Below are positions 13,141-25,624 of a DNA stretch of 64,000 nt, piece after piece. A program made the position numbers and the translations under genes. The DNA lies in the NCBI RefSeq assembly GCF_030684315.1, contig NC_081362.1, positions 97,261,187 to 97,325,186 on the forward strand, given 5' to 3'. Within the stretch, counting starts at the first letter, position 1. The number at the start of each line of letters is the position of its first letter. This DNA is from Stegostoma tigrinum (lineage: Eukaryota). Under the pieces are notes generated by a model. The model searched no databases, was not told where the DNA came from, and worked only from the letters and a program-made list of their open reading frames with translations.

Positions 13141-14012
13141 TTAAAAACCTTTGGGCACACCATGTTTTATAATCATTCATGGGACGAGGACATCACTGGC
13201 TAGGATTAAAATTCCACACAACTTGTTTGAAACTATAAAGCAGGCATCCCCTTAGCAATGGGAAATGTATCACAGGTCAGCTGAGATTTGTAAATATCCA
13301 GGTAATGAGAGGTGTGTAAGAGTTTGAATTTGATCAGAGCAATTGTGACTTACAATCTGAACTCTCCAAATGAGACAAGCTTTATTACCTGACACCTCGT
13401 CCTTACAAATAAGGCCTGGTCTGCACCCACTCCACGTGGGAAGGCTTTGCACACAGATTGGACGCAATAAGGTGTGCAGGCGCTAGGAACCAGCCTGAGA
13501 TGTTGACTTGCCTGCTCCTCGGAAGCTATCTCGCCTGCGGTGTTTTTCCAGCCTGATACCTATATACGTGCTGACTGGATTGTTTCTGGAGACTTGGTAG
13601 CATTCGCCGCTTTCCTTTCACACAACTTAATGCTTTCTTATACTCCATTGGCCAGAACCATAGAAGATCACAAAGATTTGTTCAATTCATGTGACAAATT
13701 TGATATGAATAGGGGGTGACCAATTTGGTGTGAATTTACTGTAATAATTCAGCAGACCCGAAGGAAGTGCTCAGAGATATTCTGAGGGCATGGCACATGT
13801 CATATTTCTTCAGCCTGACTTTCGTGTGTCAAATCTCAGGGAGTGAAGCAACACCAAATACCAGCTTCTGAAAGCGTGGGTATTAATCAGCAAATATCAC
13901 TAACTCATTGTCTCACTCAAGTTGCAGAAAGACATTTGTAAGATTTCACTGAAAAAGCATTAACCTTCTGATAACTTGGTGAATGCTTTATAATAAACTT
14001 TTGATGATTATT

Positions 14013-14250
14013 AACAACAGAAACAGAAATTGATAGAAAATCTCAGCAGGCCTGACAGCATCAGTAGAGAGAAAGCAGAGTTAATGTTTTGGGTTGAGTG
14101 ACTCTTCCTCAGAACGTTCTGAGGTAGGGTGACTGGACCCAACACGTTAACTCTGATTTCTCTCCACAGGTGCTGCCAGACCTGCTGAGCTTTTCCAGCA
14201 ATTTGTATTTCTGTTTTTGTTTGTGATTTTCAGCATCCACAGATTTTTTA
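14013..14250. mobile_element. Short fold-back PLE-derived element
   Basis: Two inverted arms around CCTCAGAACGTTCTGAGG. Related single arms at ~29280-29420, 32195-32330, 42170-42260, 61200-61290 and 63235-63370. Confidence 0.6.
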
Positions 14251-15039
14251 GTTTTCATTTGATAATTACTAGGTGGATTACAATGTATTTTCTGATTTGA
14301 GAATTGTGTTATAAGCCACATGGAGTCTTTCTTTACCCATCTGCCTTTCTTTGACCTTTGTGACACAGTCCCCCATCTCTTTTCAGCCATCCCCCTGTTT
14401 TCTGCTTTTGAGTGCAGGGCCCAGTATGTTGTCGCTAGTACACCAGTCTGCTGTTTCTCTGAACCTATCAGCCTTAATAGTCTTTGAATCACTTTAAACA
14501 TTCACCAAACACCCAACAATACTTGCTGATCACATATGTTGTGTTTCACTTCCACATGAGCGTTCTAGATAAACAGCAATCCTTAACAAGTTCCTCTCCA
14601 AAGTAGACTGGCGTTTGACTCATGCCTATGATAATGGGGAATTTTACCCGTTGCAAGGATTTTATTTCCTCCATTATAATTTTTTTCTGTCTGTGATTTC
14701 TCCCAGCAGTGTTCAATGACATTTTTGATGCTACAGCGATTCAGGGATCCCGCTGCTCCGTGTGGAGTTTCACACCTTCTTGGGGCAATGGGTGAACAAA
14801 AGAAGAATATAAATGTCAGTGTAAAGGAGAGACTTTGGCAGGAAGAATTGAGAGAATGTAAAACTAAGGGCATAGTCCCGAAGGGGTACAGGAGCACAGG
14901 GACCTGGCTCTATTTGCACACTGATCACTAAAGGTGATTGGAGGAGAGAGTCATTTCTAAAGCAGTCAATATTTTGGGTCTTATGAACTGGGGCATAGAG
15001 TATAGGAACAGGGACAGAAACAGAAATTGCTGGATAAAC

Positions 15040-15348
15040 GCAGGCAGCATGATGGCTCACTGGTTAGCACTCCAACCGACAGCGCCAGGGACCCGGGCTC
15101 AATCTCACCCTTGGGCAACTGCCTGTGTGGAGTTTGCACATTCTCACTGTGGCTGCCCTGGTTTTTTCCCACAATCCAAAGATGTGCAGGTTGGGTGGAT
15201 TGGCCGTGGTGTGCAGCCCACCTAGTCAGGTTATCTAAGGGAAATGCGGGGCTACATGGATGAGGTGGCTCCGGGTGAGGTGCCTTCCAAGGGTTGATGT
15301 GGACTCGATGGGCTGAATGGCCTGCTTCCATACTGTGTAGGGATTCTG
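15040..15348 (+). mobile_element. V-SINE (HE1-like)
   Basis: tRNA-like head TGGCTCACTGGTTAGCACT, V-domain GTGGAGTTTGCACATTCTC...CCAAAGATGTGCAGG, CR1-like tail GGGCTGAATGGCCTG. Confidence 0.8.
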
Positions 15349-16395
15349 TGAGCTCAGTAGGTCTGGCAGCATCTGTGGGGAGAAATCAAAGTGAACATTT
15401 CAAGTCCAGTGACCCTCCTTCACTAGACGATGAACTTGCATACTGCATTTGTTAGATCTCAGCTGGAGTGCTTATAGTCCTGGCCACCACACTTTCAGAA
15501 GACTGTGACCACACTGGAGGTGGAGTACAGACGAGGTTCCAGGGATGGTTTTGGGAAGGAGACCGTTCTGTTAGATGAGTGGATTGCAGATGTTGGGGTA
15601 GCCTTCTCCAAGGAAAATAAAGAGGAGATCTGACCAGGCTGTTCAAGCTCACATGTGGTCTGTACAGACTGATAGTGAGCAACTGTTCCCATTGGTGGAA
15701 GAACTGTGAACCAAAGGGCACAGGTTTACAGCAATTGGCAAAAGACGATAAATTGTAGTGAGTGGTTCAGGGTCTAGACTGAGTTGCCTACGAGTGTGGC
15801 GGCATTACAAAGGGAAGTGCATAGTCATCTTCAAAAGAAGAACGTGCAGGGTAATGGAGCAGGGTGTGGTACAGGGCACATTTTTCATTTGGAGGACCAG
15901 CACAGACACTTTGGACTGAATGGCCTTCTCCTGTGCTGTGATAATACAGTGTGAAGCTAGATGAATACAGCAGGCCAAGCAGCATCAGGGGAGCAGGAAA
16001 GTTGATGTTTGGGGTTGAGAGTCTTCTCCTGTGCTGTGTCTGTTTTTTAAAACTCTAGAATTTCCGATGGAATGTGCAGGACGGGTGAAAGTGATTGTTC
16101 TGTGTCAGACCTGTCCCACTGGCAGTGTGTCAGAACTTTGTCACTACTGTCTGATCACAAGGTTAGACAGCATTCAGGCAGACAAACAATAGGTTCCAGG
16201 AAACAACAATTATTCTAACCTGACTTGTACCAAATAACTGTAACCTGCAGCTCCCTGTGACTAGGGACTGAGAACAATTACCTGTTACAAACTGCAGATA
16301 CTGCCTCAGTTATTGACACCGTGAATTAATTCTGCTGATTTCCAATTGTTTTGTGACCGACATTGTAACACCTATGACTATTTTCTACATTCTAG

Positions 16396-16476
16396 ACGGT
16401 GGGAGTCAACCTTCGGAAATTGACTGGCAGTGTGGATGAGCTGTTGCCATCGCTACCTGCAACATCCCGCACAGAA
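16396..16476 (+). CDS. PTK2B: PTK2B FAT-domain exon (TVGVNLRKLTGSVDELLPSLPATSRTE)
   Basis: TCTAG acceptor, GAA|GTGAGT donor, 81 nt; matches Pyk2 NVGLTLRKLIGSVDDLLPSLPSSSRTE. Confidence 0.95.
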
Positions 16477-16939
16477 GTGAGTCCTGGTTCACTTGATAAC
16501 CATCTGCTACCATCCCCAACCCGCTGCTTGTTCGGATCGGGATTCTTTTCAAAGTGCACTCCTTAATCTACAGATCTCGATATTTCGAAAGACATTTGGT
16601 TTGCTGTCATCAGCTTAATTTTTGAGGGAGGGGTTTTCCCAGCATTCTGAGGTTACAACAGAGGCCGTGTGGTGGAGTTCACAGTCAACTGACAGGAAAG
16701 TTCATCACAGTTTCTGAAACCTTTTCTGGTGAAGGTTTTAATAAGGAGTTGGAGAAAGATTATTTGCTCCTATTCTAGCTCCTTGTTCCTTGTGACAGCC
16801 TCTGGGTCAGAGAGAGATCCTTGTTAAAAAGTTATTCTCTTTTTTTTTAAACCACTTCAGTCACATCACTTGGCGCTGCCAGCTGGGAGGAGAATGACCC
16901 CCAGTCTCCATTTCTCCAAACACATTTCTTCAGCCGGAG

Positions 16940-17400
16940 GTTCAGAAAAGATTTACCAAGAGGGATTGAGTTATAAGGAGCGGCTGGACAGCCTGGGACT
17001 TTTCTCACTGGAGCACAACAGGTTGTGGGATGTCCTTTATAGAGGCTGAAAAAATAGAGGGGTATAGATAGGGTTAATGGCTGGTGTCTTTTCCCAGGGT
17101 GCGGCTATTCAACACTAAGGGGCATATTTTTAAGGTGAGAGGAGAAAGATTTTAAAAAAAGACATATGGGGCTTTTTTAAAAGAAAACACAGAGTGGTTC
17201 CTATGTAGATTGAGCTGCCAGAAGAAGTGGTGAATGTGTGTAAAGTTGCAATGTTTAAAAGACATTTGGATAAGTACATGAATAGGAAAGGTTTGGAGGG
17301 AAATGAGACAAATGCAGGCAGGTGGGACTAATTTAGTTTGAGAACTGGTCAGCATGGACTGGTTGGTCTGAAAGATCTGTTTGGGTGCTGCCGGACTGCA
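16940..17400 (+). mobile_element. Old CR1 3' fragment
   Basis: Homologous to CR1 3' ends at 8380-8830, 28350-28760 and 54100-54590. Confidence 0.7.
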
Positions 17401-18135
17401 GGCTATTCCAGTAAATGATGTCTGTGCAGTTTGGTGATGACGAATCAGAAGGCTACTATCCTACTTTACTGAATTCAGCACAATGTGGTTGACCTTGTTA
17501 TCTCAGATTCTCCAGCATCAGCAGTTCCGAGTATGTCTCCCACAAATCAGAATCATAATGTTATTTGACATAAGACTTTCCCAGCCTGGGTTACAGTGCA
17601 ATTTATACTGACCGAATCATAAATGGATGAAACAACCAAAGTAAAAGACACAAAAATCATGTAAAATAACAAAGAAGCAAGCAATTTAGCAGGAATAGGG
17701 AAGTGGTGGATGGGATATTAATGGCAAAGATGAATTAATACTGAATGAAAATTATAATGCAGTACACAGCTCCGACATACCGACATTGAAGTCCATGTAA
17801 TCATTAGCTGTTCAGAGCTCAGAATCTCAGAATTCTTTATTGCTCAGGAGGCCATTCAGCCCATTGAACTTGCTGCAGCTGTTCAAATGAGCAGCATTCC
17901 TCAGTGTGAATCCTCCAGCCTTTCCCACATACCCTTACACATCGTTTCTATCCAATTAACCCTCCAACAGCCTCTTGAATGAGAGGCCTAATTTATCTGG
18001 AGACTGTAACACAACCCCTGGAGTCCGGGTATCATTCTTGTAAACTGATGTACTCCCTCCAAGGCCAACCGATCCTTCCCAGGTCTGCTCCAAGCGGGAT
18101 CTAACCAGGGTTTTCTTGGTTTTGTTTCTATTCAG

Positions 18136-18351
18136 ATCGAGGGGACGCAGAGGCTCCTGAATAAAGACCTGGCTGAACTGATAAACAAGATGAAATTGGC
18201 CCAGCAGAATGCTGTGACCTCGCTGAGTGATGAGTGTAAGAAGCAGATGCTAACAGCTGCCCACACACTTGCTGTGGACTCCAAGAACCTGCTGGACGCT
18301 GTGGATCAGGCCAGGGTTCGCGCAGGACAAGCCAAACCACTCCCTAACTGA
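18136..18351 (+). CDS. PTK2B: PTK2B terminal coding exon (IEGTQRLLNKDLAELINKMKLAQQNAVTSLSDECKKQMLTAAHTLAVDSKNLLDAVDQARVRAGQAKPLPN*)
   Basis: TTCAG acceptor; AQQNAVTSLS.ECK is Pyk2-specific (FAK has AQQYVMTSLQQEYK); TGA at 18349-18351. Confidence 0.97.
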   Translation: MEGTQRLLNKDLAELINKMKLAQQNAVTSLSDECKKQMLTAAHTLAVDSKNLLDAVDQARVRAGQAKPLPN

Positions 18352-18442
18352 TGCCATCTCTATCAATTCGGAGAGCTGCCACACCAGGCGGGAATGGGGT
18401 CCTTCACTGAAGCAAGCAAGAAATGGATTCATTAAAATCCAA

Positions 18443-18627
18443 GATTATAGGAACTGCAGATGCTGGAGAATCCGAGATAACACGGTGTGGAGCTGGATGA
18501 ACACAGCAGGCCAAGCAGCATCAGAGGAGCAGGAAGGCTGATGTTCTAGGCCTGAAACGTCAGCTTTTGTGCTCCTAAGATGCTGCTTGGCCTGCTGTGT
18601 TCATCCAGCTCTACACCTTGTTATCTC
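18443..18627. mobile_element. Fold-back mini-element derived from the PLE family A terminus, in the PTK2B 3' UTR
   Basis: Inverted ~70-bp arms (GAGCTGGATGAACACAGCAGGCCAAGCAGCATC and its reverse complement); 14-bp TSD TCATTAAAATCCAA at 18429-18442 and 18628-18641. Confidence 0.85.
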
Positions 18628-21600
18628 TCATTAAAATCCAATATGGGAATGGGGGTTCTATCAAGGTTGGGGGAGGGTGGGGTATTGATGAGGGCATTAA
18701 TTAAGTAAAACTGGTAACCATTTTCCTGGGAAGCAAAAGCGCTTTTGTTTGGAAGGGTGGAGGGGGCTATTCATGACTTTAATTGAAATGATTCCAAGTA
18801 CAACAGTGATGCATTTCAGCCTGATCTCTGCCCAAGTTGTTAAATAGTCACAGTAATCCATGGCAGATGATAGTTAGTGAAGGTGCCGGTGTTTTAACTA
18901 AACTCAGCACACTGAAGGACAAAAATGCAAGTCAAGCTTGAAATGCTAAATTTGGGAGTGACTAAAAAGATCTGGAAATTGTAAGACAAGATGGAAGCTT
19001 GTATTCTTGAGTTGTTTTTGCTCAGTGTCATGTACTCTACTCTGTAAATATCGATATTTATAGTTTGCTGTTAGCACCAAGAAGCCTGACTGAATGTTGC
19101 TGCCATCTGCTCTCATTGCCGTTAGGAGGTTATCAGCTCCCTGTGCTTCTCTAGCCAATACTCAGGTGGTTGGTGGTTTATGAGGAATCCTTACATACCA
19201 CATTCTTCAGGGCGTGAGGAAGAACTGGTTTCCAAGATACCAAGAGCCAGGAAAATGGAGGCAGCTGCGATTTGATCCAAGCCTGTAAATGACTGTGAAT
19301 GGTTGTATTTCTGACTGTGTGAGAATACGAGTGATTTCGATGTGGGTTTGAGGATGATCTGTGATGTTGGAATGGAAAATCCTGGATCAAAGATTGAGGC
19401 TGTGTTTCTTAGCTTCAGGGTGGATTATTCCAATGTGAGAAAATTCTCGAAGTTTGGTCTTTTCACCTGGTTCTCTGTACCCAGCTGGTGGAAGCAGGCC
19501 GCAGTGTTATCTCACTGTATGAGCCTGTGCCAATAACCATATGACCCCTCCAGTTTCATATTTAACCTGGTTTTTACACCACTTCCAGCTGCTACCTCAT
19601 GTGTCGCTCACAAACAGTGCAACTGAGACCAGGCACCCAGGGAGCCTGGTGATCTGCCATCTGAGAGTTAAACCATTGCCCACTGCAGTTGTGTGACCTG
19701 TCCCTCTAATTACAGCAAGACTGTATTCACAGCATTTGCCAGCCTCCCAGCTCAGCTTCAATCACACCGACCTTGTGTAGTTTCAGATCCTGCAGTTCAG
19801 TTCCCATCCTGGGATTTCATTGCCAGAGCGAACAGAATGGTCAGGCCCAGCTGAAGGTGAGGACTGAGGCTATTTTTCAACTACATTTTCGGGCAAGTGT
19901 GTGAATGGGCACATCGCCATTGAAGCTCCCTGTCAGTGACCTGCTGTGTGCTGCTGCCCACTGCTGATCCTAAGCTGAAAGGCCTCTGGTTAATCCAACC
20001 CCTACAATAGCCTGCATGCTGCCGATATCAGAGACCATATCTCCACAACCAGGAAGGACAGGACCAAGCAAAATCCCAAATCTTGTCTGTTTGCTCTATA
20101 TCCTGTGGCGGGGGGAGGGTTTGGTGGGGGAAGGACTGGGGCCTGGGAACAGTCCTAGCTTCTGCTGTCAAGCCCAAACACATTTGCCATAATCACTTCT
20201 GTCTTCTTACCTGGAACACAGCCCATCGTTCTTGTCTTACAAGCTACTGAAGATTCCGGAATGGGAACGCTGTTCCTGGAGCATGCAGATTTGGACTGTC
20301 ACACTGACTAATGCAGGGTCTGAAAAATTCAACCCGACCCAGTTACTAGCTCCCGGGAATAAACAGCCTGAGAATCCTTGGTAAACCTGGTAGGAATCTA
20401 GTGGAATTGTCAGGTCAACATCTGCGACACAGTTAAACCAGACTATTGCAATATCCCACAACTCCTTATTACACAGGAAAGCAGACAGAATTCATTTTCC
20501 TACATAGTATTCACTTTTCTCCTAATTTACTTTTTATTCCCTTGTGGCATGTGGGTATCACTGGCTGGGCCCAGCATTTCTTGCCCTGCCACTAGTTGCC
20601 CCTTGAGAAGGTAGAGGTGAGCTGCCTTTTTGAACTGCTGTAATCTGTGTGCTGGGGGTTGACCCACAGTGCCATTAGGGAGGGAATTCCCAGCAACACT
20701 GAAGGAACAGTGACTTATTTCTACGTCTGGATGGTGAGTGGCTTGGAGGGGAACTTGCAGGGATGGTGTATCTGCTGCCCTTGTCCTTGTAGCTGGAGGA
20801 GTTTGTGGGTTTGGAAGGGGCTGACAGTCTACAGTATGTTCATCACATTCATTAACAGTTGTTTCTTTTCATATTTAACAAAATGATTTCCAGTTTGAGT
20901 GTCCCGTTGTGTTGTAAAGGTAACAGAATGTCGGGAAGCTGAGATTTATGCTCCTGGGGTGACCCCTGAGCCAACAAAGTGTGCATGCTGACTGCCGTGT
21001 GTGACGGCGTACACACTCTTGAGAAGTAGGTCTGCAGTCAATGCTTTGTTTCGCTGAGTTCCTGGTGCCCTGGCTCGATGTGACGGTGAAGAGCCACCAA
21101 TTTATGAGACTCAGAAACAGAAGCCTGGCCTCACCTGAGAGACCTGGAGTAGTCCGAGAACATGCAACTGCGTGGAAGGAAGGACAGGAGTACTTACTCT
21201 GTCTCCCTGCTAACCCTAAGATTCCCAATTCCATTAGGCAAACTGGAACGCAGGAACATTGCACTACCATGTGCCAATAAGCTTTGAGATGTGATCCCAG
21301 TTTGTAGCATGTGAGGAGGGAGAGAACTAGCCAGGATGAGGGGGAGGGGAGTGGGGGAAGGAATTTCTGGTGCCATCAACCAGTAAATCTCTGAGGCCAC
21401 ACAGACCCTAAACAAATGACCAGGGGAGTTTTCAGAACACACTTGTACAGAGGAAATACAAGACTGGGAAGGTCTTTTAGACACACTTTCAGAAGAACAA
21501 TCACATTTCACTCTGATCTGACAGGAACAGAATTTCGGAAACCGGAGAATGAGCTGAGCAGTTTATTCTGTCAGAGGCTTTCCACAACTGAAAATACAAA

Positions 21601-21792
21601 ACAGACAATGATGTCAGGGTGATCGGCAATAATATCTGATGCAGTGGTGGGCAGTGTGTGAGCACTGGGGTCGAGGATGACATCCACGCAGTGACCCTGT
21701 GTTTTTCATGTATAGGTGCCACATTAATGAGTGTAAATGATTCAACATTCGCCTGATCTGAGATGTGACAATGCTCTTTAGCTTCTCACTAA

Positions 21793-21798
21793 AATAAA
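21793..21798 (+). terminator. Candidate PTK2B polyadenylation signal
   Basis: AATAAA followed by a T/GT-rich stretch at the end of a mostly unique 3.4-kb region after the stop; not confirmed by transcripts. Confidence 0.45.
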
Positions 21799-22106
21799 TG
21801 TTGTTTTTCTAGAAGCATGTTCATTTATTTGTTACTGATCACATTGGCTGAGATTCTACCTCCTAAACACACTGCCTTATTTAGATATGAAAGTTGTGGG
21901 AGAAGGTTCACACACAATAAACCAAATAGCCTCCCATCACATTCCTGTCCCCACCCTCACCCCGACTGAGCGGTTATTGGGCAGGTGATGGTTCCCTAAG
22001 CCTGTACCACCATACTCTTCAGTCATCACTTGCACTAAAACTCACCAGAATTTGGTCTATCAACTTGAATAATATGCTCACTCAAAGTGCCAAACACTGC
22101 CAAGGT

Positions 22107-25100
22107 CCCTCTGACAGTGCGGCACTCCCTCAGCACTGATCCTCCGTCAGTGCCCGCTGCCTCAGCACTGACCTTCTGACAGTGTCCACTCCCTCAGTGC
22201 GGCGCTCCCTCAGCACTGACCCTCCAACAGTGCGGCGCTCCCTCAGCACTGACCCTCCGCCAGTGCCCGCTGCCTCAGCACTGACCCTTCGACAGTGACC
22301 ACTCCCTCAGCACTGACCCTCCGACAATGCAGCTCTCCCTCAGCACTGACCCTCTGATAGTGTGGCGCTCCCTCAGCAATGACGCTCCGACAGTGTCCAC
22401 TCCCTCAGCACTGTCCCTCCGACAGTGCCTGTTCCCTCAGCACTGACCCTCCAACATTGTCCACTCCCTCAGTGCGGCACTCCCTCAGCACTGACCCTCC
22501 GACAGTGACCGCTCCCTCAGTACTGACCCTCCAACAGTGCGGCACACCCTCAGCACTGACCCTCTGACGGTGTGACACGCCCTCAGCACTGACCCTCCGA
22601 CAGTGTGGCTCTTCCTCAGTACTGACCCTCCGACAGTGCCCGCTCCCTCAGCACTGACCCTCCGACAGTGACTGCTCCCTCAGCACTGACCCTCCAACGG
22701 TGACCGCTCCCTAAGCACTGACCCTCCGACAGTGTCTGTTCCCTCAGCACTGACCCTCCGACAGTGCGGCTCTCCCTCAGCACTGACCCTCTGACAGTGC
22801 GGCACTCCCTCAGCACAGACCCTCTGACAGTGCGGCTCTCCTTCAGCACTGACCCTCCGCCAGTGCCTGTTGCCTCAGCACTGACCCTCCGACAGTGACC
22901 ACTCCCTCAGCACTGACCCTCCGACAGTGCCCGCTCCCTCAGCACAGACCCTCCGACAGTGCGGCTCTCCTTCAGCACTGACCCTCTGCCAGTGCCTGTT
23001 GCCTCAGCACTGACCCTCCGACAGTGACCGCTCCCTCAGCACTGACCCTCCGTCAGTGCCCGCTGCCTCAGCTCTGACCCTCTGGCAGTGTCCAGTCCCT
23101 CAGTGCGGCGCTCCCTCAGCACTGACCCTCCGACAGTGTGGCGCTCCCTCAGCACTGACCCTCCGACAGTGCAGCGCTCCCTCAGCACTGACCCTCCGAC
23201 AGTGTGGCGCTCCCTCAGCACTGACCCTCCGACAGTGCCCGCTGCTTCAGCACTGACCCTCTGACAGTGTCCACTCCCTCAGTGCGGCGCTCCCTCAGAA
23301 CTGACCCTACGACACTGCAGCCCTCCCTCAGCACTGACCCTCCGACAGTGCCCGCTCCTTCAGCACTGACCGTCCGACAGTGCCCGCTCCTTCAGCACTG
23401 ACCCTCCAACAGTGACTGCTCCCTAAGCACTGACCGTCCGACAGTGTGGCACTCCCTCAGCACTGACCCTCCGACAGTGTGGCTCGCCCTCAGCACTGAC
23501 CCTCCGACAGTGTGGCTCTCCCTCAGCACTGACCCTCCGACAGTGCGGCGTTTCCTCAGTACTGATTCTCCGACAGTGCGGCACTTCCTCAGTACTGACC
23601 CTCCAACAGTGCCCGCTCCCTCAGCACTGACCCTCCGACAGTGCCCGCTCCCTCAGCACTGACCCTCCAACAGTGACTGCTCCCTAAGCACTGACCGTCC
23701 GACAGTGTCCACTCCCTCAGTGCGGCACTCCCTCAGCACTGACCCTCCGACAGTGTGGTGCTCCCTCAGCACTGACCCTCCGACAGTGTGGCTCTCCCTC
23801 AGCACTGACCCTTCGACAGTGCGGCTCTCCCTCAGCTTTGACCCTCCGACAGTGCGGCACTCCCTCAGCACTGACCCTCCGACAGTGCCCGCTCCCTCAG
23901 CACTGACCCTCCAACAGTGACTGCTCCCTCAGCACTGACCCTCCGACAGTGACTGCTCCCTCAGCACTGACCCTCCGACAGTGACTGCTCTCTCAGCACT
24001 GACCCTCCGACAGTGCCCGCTCCCTCAGCACTGACCCTCCGACAGTGTCCACTCCCTCAGTGCGGCGCTCCCTCAGCACTGGCCCTCCGACAGTGCGGCT
24101 CTCCGTCAGCACTGACCCTCTAACAGTGTGGTGCTCCCTCAGCACTGACCCTCCGACAGTGTGGCTCGCCCTCAGCACTGACCCTCCGACAGTGCGGCTC
24201 TCCCTCAGCTTTGACCCTCCGACAGTGCAGCGCTCCCTCAGCACTGACCCTCTGACAGTGCGGCACTCCCTCAACACTGACCCTCCGACAGTGTGGCGCT
24301 TCCTCAGCACTGACCCTCCGATAGTGCGGCACTCCCTTAGCACTGACCCTCCGACAGTGCCCGCTCCCTCAGCACTAACCCTCCGACAGTACCCGCTCCC
24401 TAAGCCCTGACCCTCCGACAGTGTCCACTCCCTCAGTGTGGCGCTCCCTCAGCACTGACCCTCCGATAGTGCGGCACTCCCTTAGCACTGACCCTCCGAC
24501 AGTGCCCGCTCCCTCAGCACTGACCCTCCGACAATACCCGCTCCCTAAGCCCTGACCCTCCAACAGTGTCCACTCCCTCAGTGTGGCGCTCCCTCAGCAC
24601 TGACCCTCCGATAGTGCGGCTCTCCCTCAGCGCTGACCCTCCGACAGTGCCCGCACCCTCAGCACTGACCCTCCGACAATGACCGCTCCCTAAGACTTGA
24701 CCCTCCGACAGTGTCCACTCCCTCAGTGTGGCGCTCCCTCAGCACTGACCCTCCGATAGTGCGGCACTCCCTCAGCACTGACCCTCCGACAGTACCCACT
24801 CCCTAAGCCCTGACCCTCCGACAGTGTCCACTCCCTCAGTGTGGCGCTCCCTCAGCACTGACCCTCCGATAGTGCGGCTCTCCCTCAGCACTGACCCTCC
24901 GACAGTGCCCGCTCCCTCAGCACTGACCCTCCGACAGTGCGGCGCTCCCTCAGCACTGACCCTTCGACAGTGCCCGCTCCCTCAGCACTGACCCTCCGAC
25001 AGTGCGGCACTCCCTTAGCACTGACCCTCCGACAGTGTCCACTCCCTCAGCACTGACCGTCCGACAGTGCGGCACTCCCTTAGCACTGACCCTCCGACAG

Positions 25101-25262
25101 TGTCACACTCCCTTAGCACTGACCCTCCGACAGTGCGCGCTCCCTCAGCACTGACCCTCCAACAGTGTCACACTCCCTCAGCACTGACCCTCCGACAGTG
25201 CGGCTTCCCTCAGCACTGACACTCCGACAGTGCGGCATTCCCTCAGCATTGACCCTCCGACA
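22107..25262. repeat. 33-bp minisatellite array (CCCTCAGCACTGACCCTCCGACAGTGCGGCACT)n, ~3.15 kb
   Basis: Direct tandem repetition; variation concentrated in the 7-8 nt after ACAGTG; C-rich on the + strand. Confidence 0.97.
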
Positions 25263-25624
25263 TTTGATCCATATGAATTGGACATGAACGCCTGATGACT
25301 GTCCGTTCAGTAAGCAAGCCTCTGGGATACCCTGAGCCTCCAGCTGAATGTTTGACACTGGCCGAGGGTTTGTGCTAACATGGGAGGGCAGCAATTCAAT
25401 TGGATCCCTTCCTGGGAAAGCTTGTGGGTGGGTGGTTGGTGGTAGTCGATGGTGATGACGTCATCACCAATGTGTGGGACTGAGTTTCCTTGGCATGTGT
25501 TTGTGGTGTGGTTTTAGACAGTGAGTAGCTCTGAGCAGCGTTAATATTAGCTTGCACAACCAGTGGTGGGTGGAGATGTGGATTTTTGATAATTATTCAA
25601 CATTGACTGACTGTAAATTCATCA

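Noticed and set aside
9113-18351. Assignment to PTK2/FAK
   Set aside because: Diagnostic residues (VMELV, GSVD.LLPSLP, AQQNAVTSLS.EC) match Pyk2.
22107-25262. 33-bp periodic array as a CRISPR array or as coding ORFs (LSTDPPTV repeats)
   Set aside because: No unique spacers, eukaryotic context, no cas genes; the ORFs arise because the unit length is a multiple of three and they lack splice or start context.
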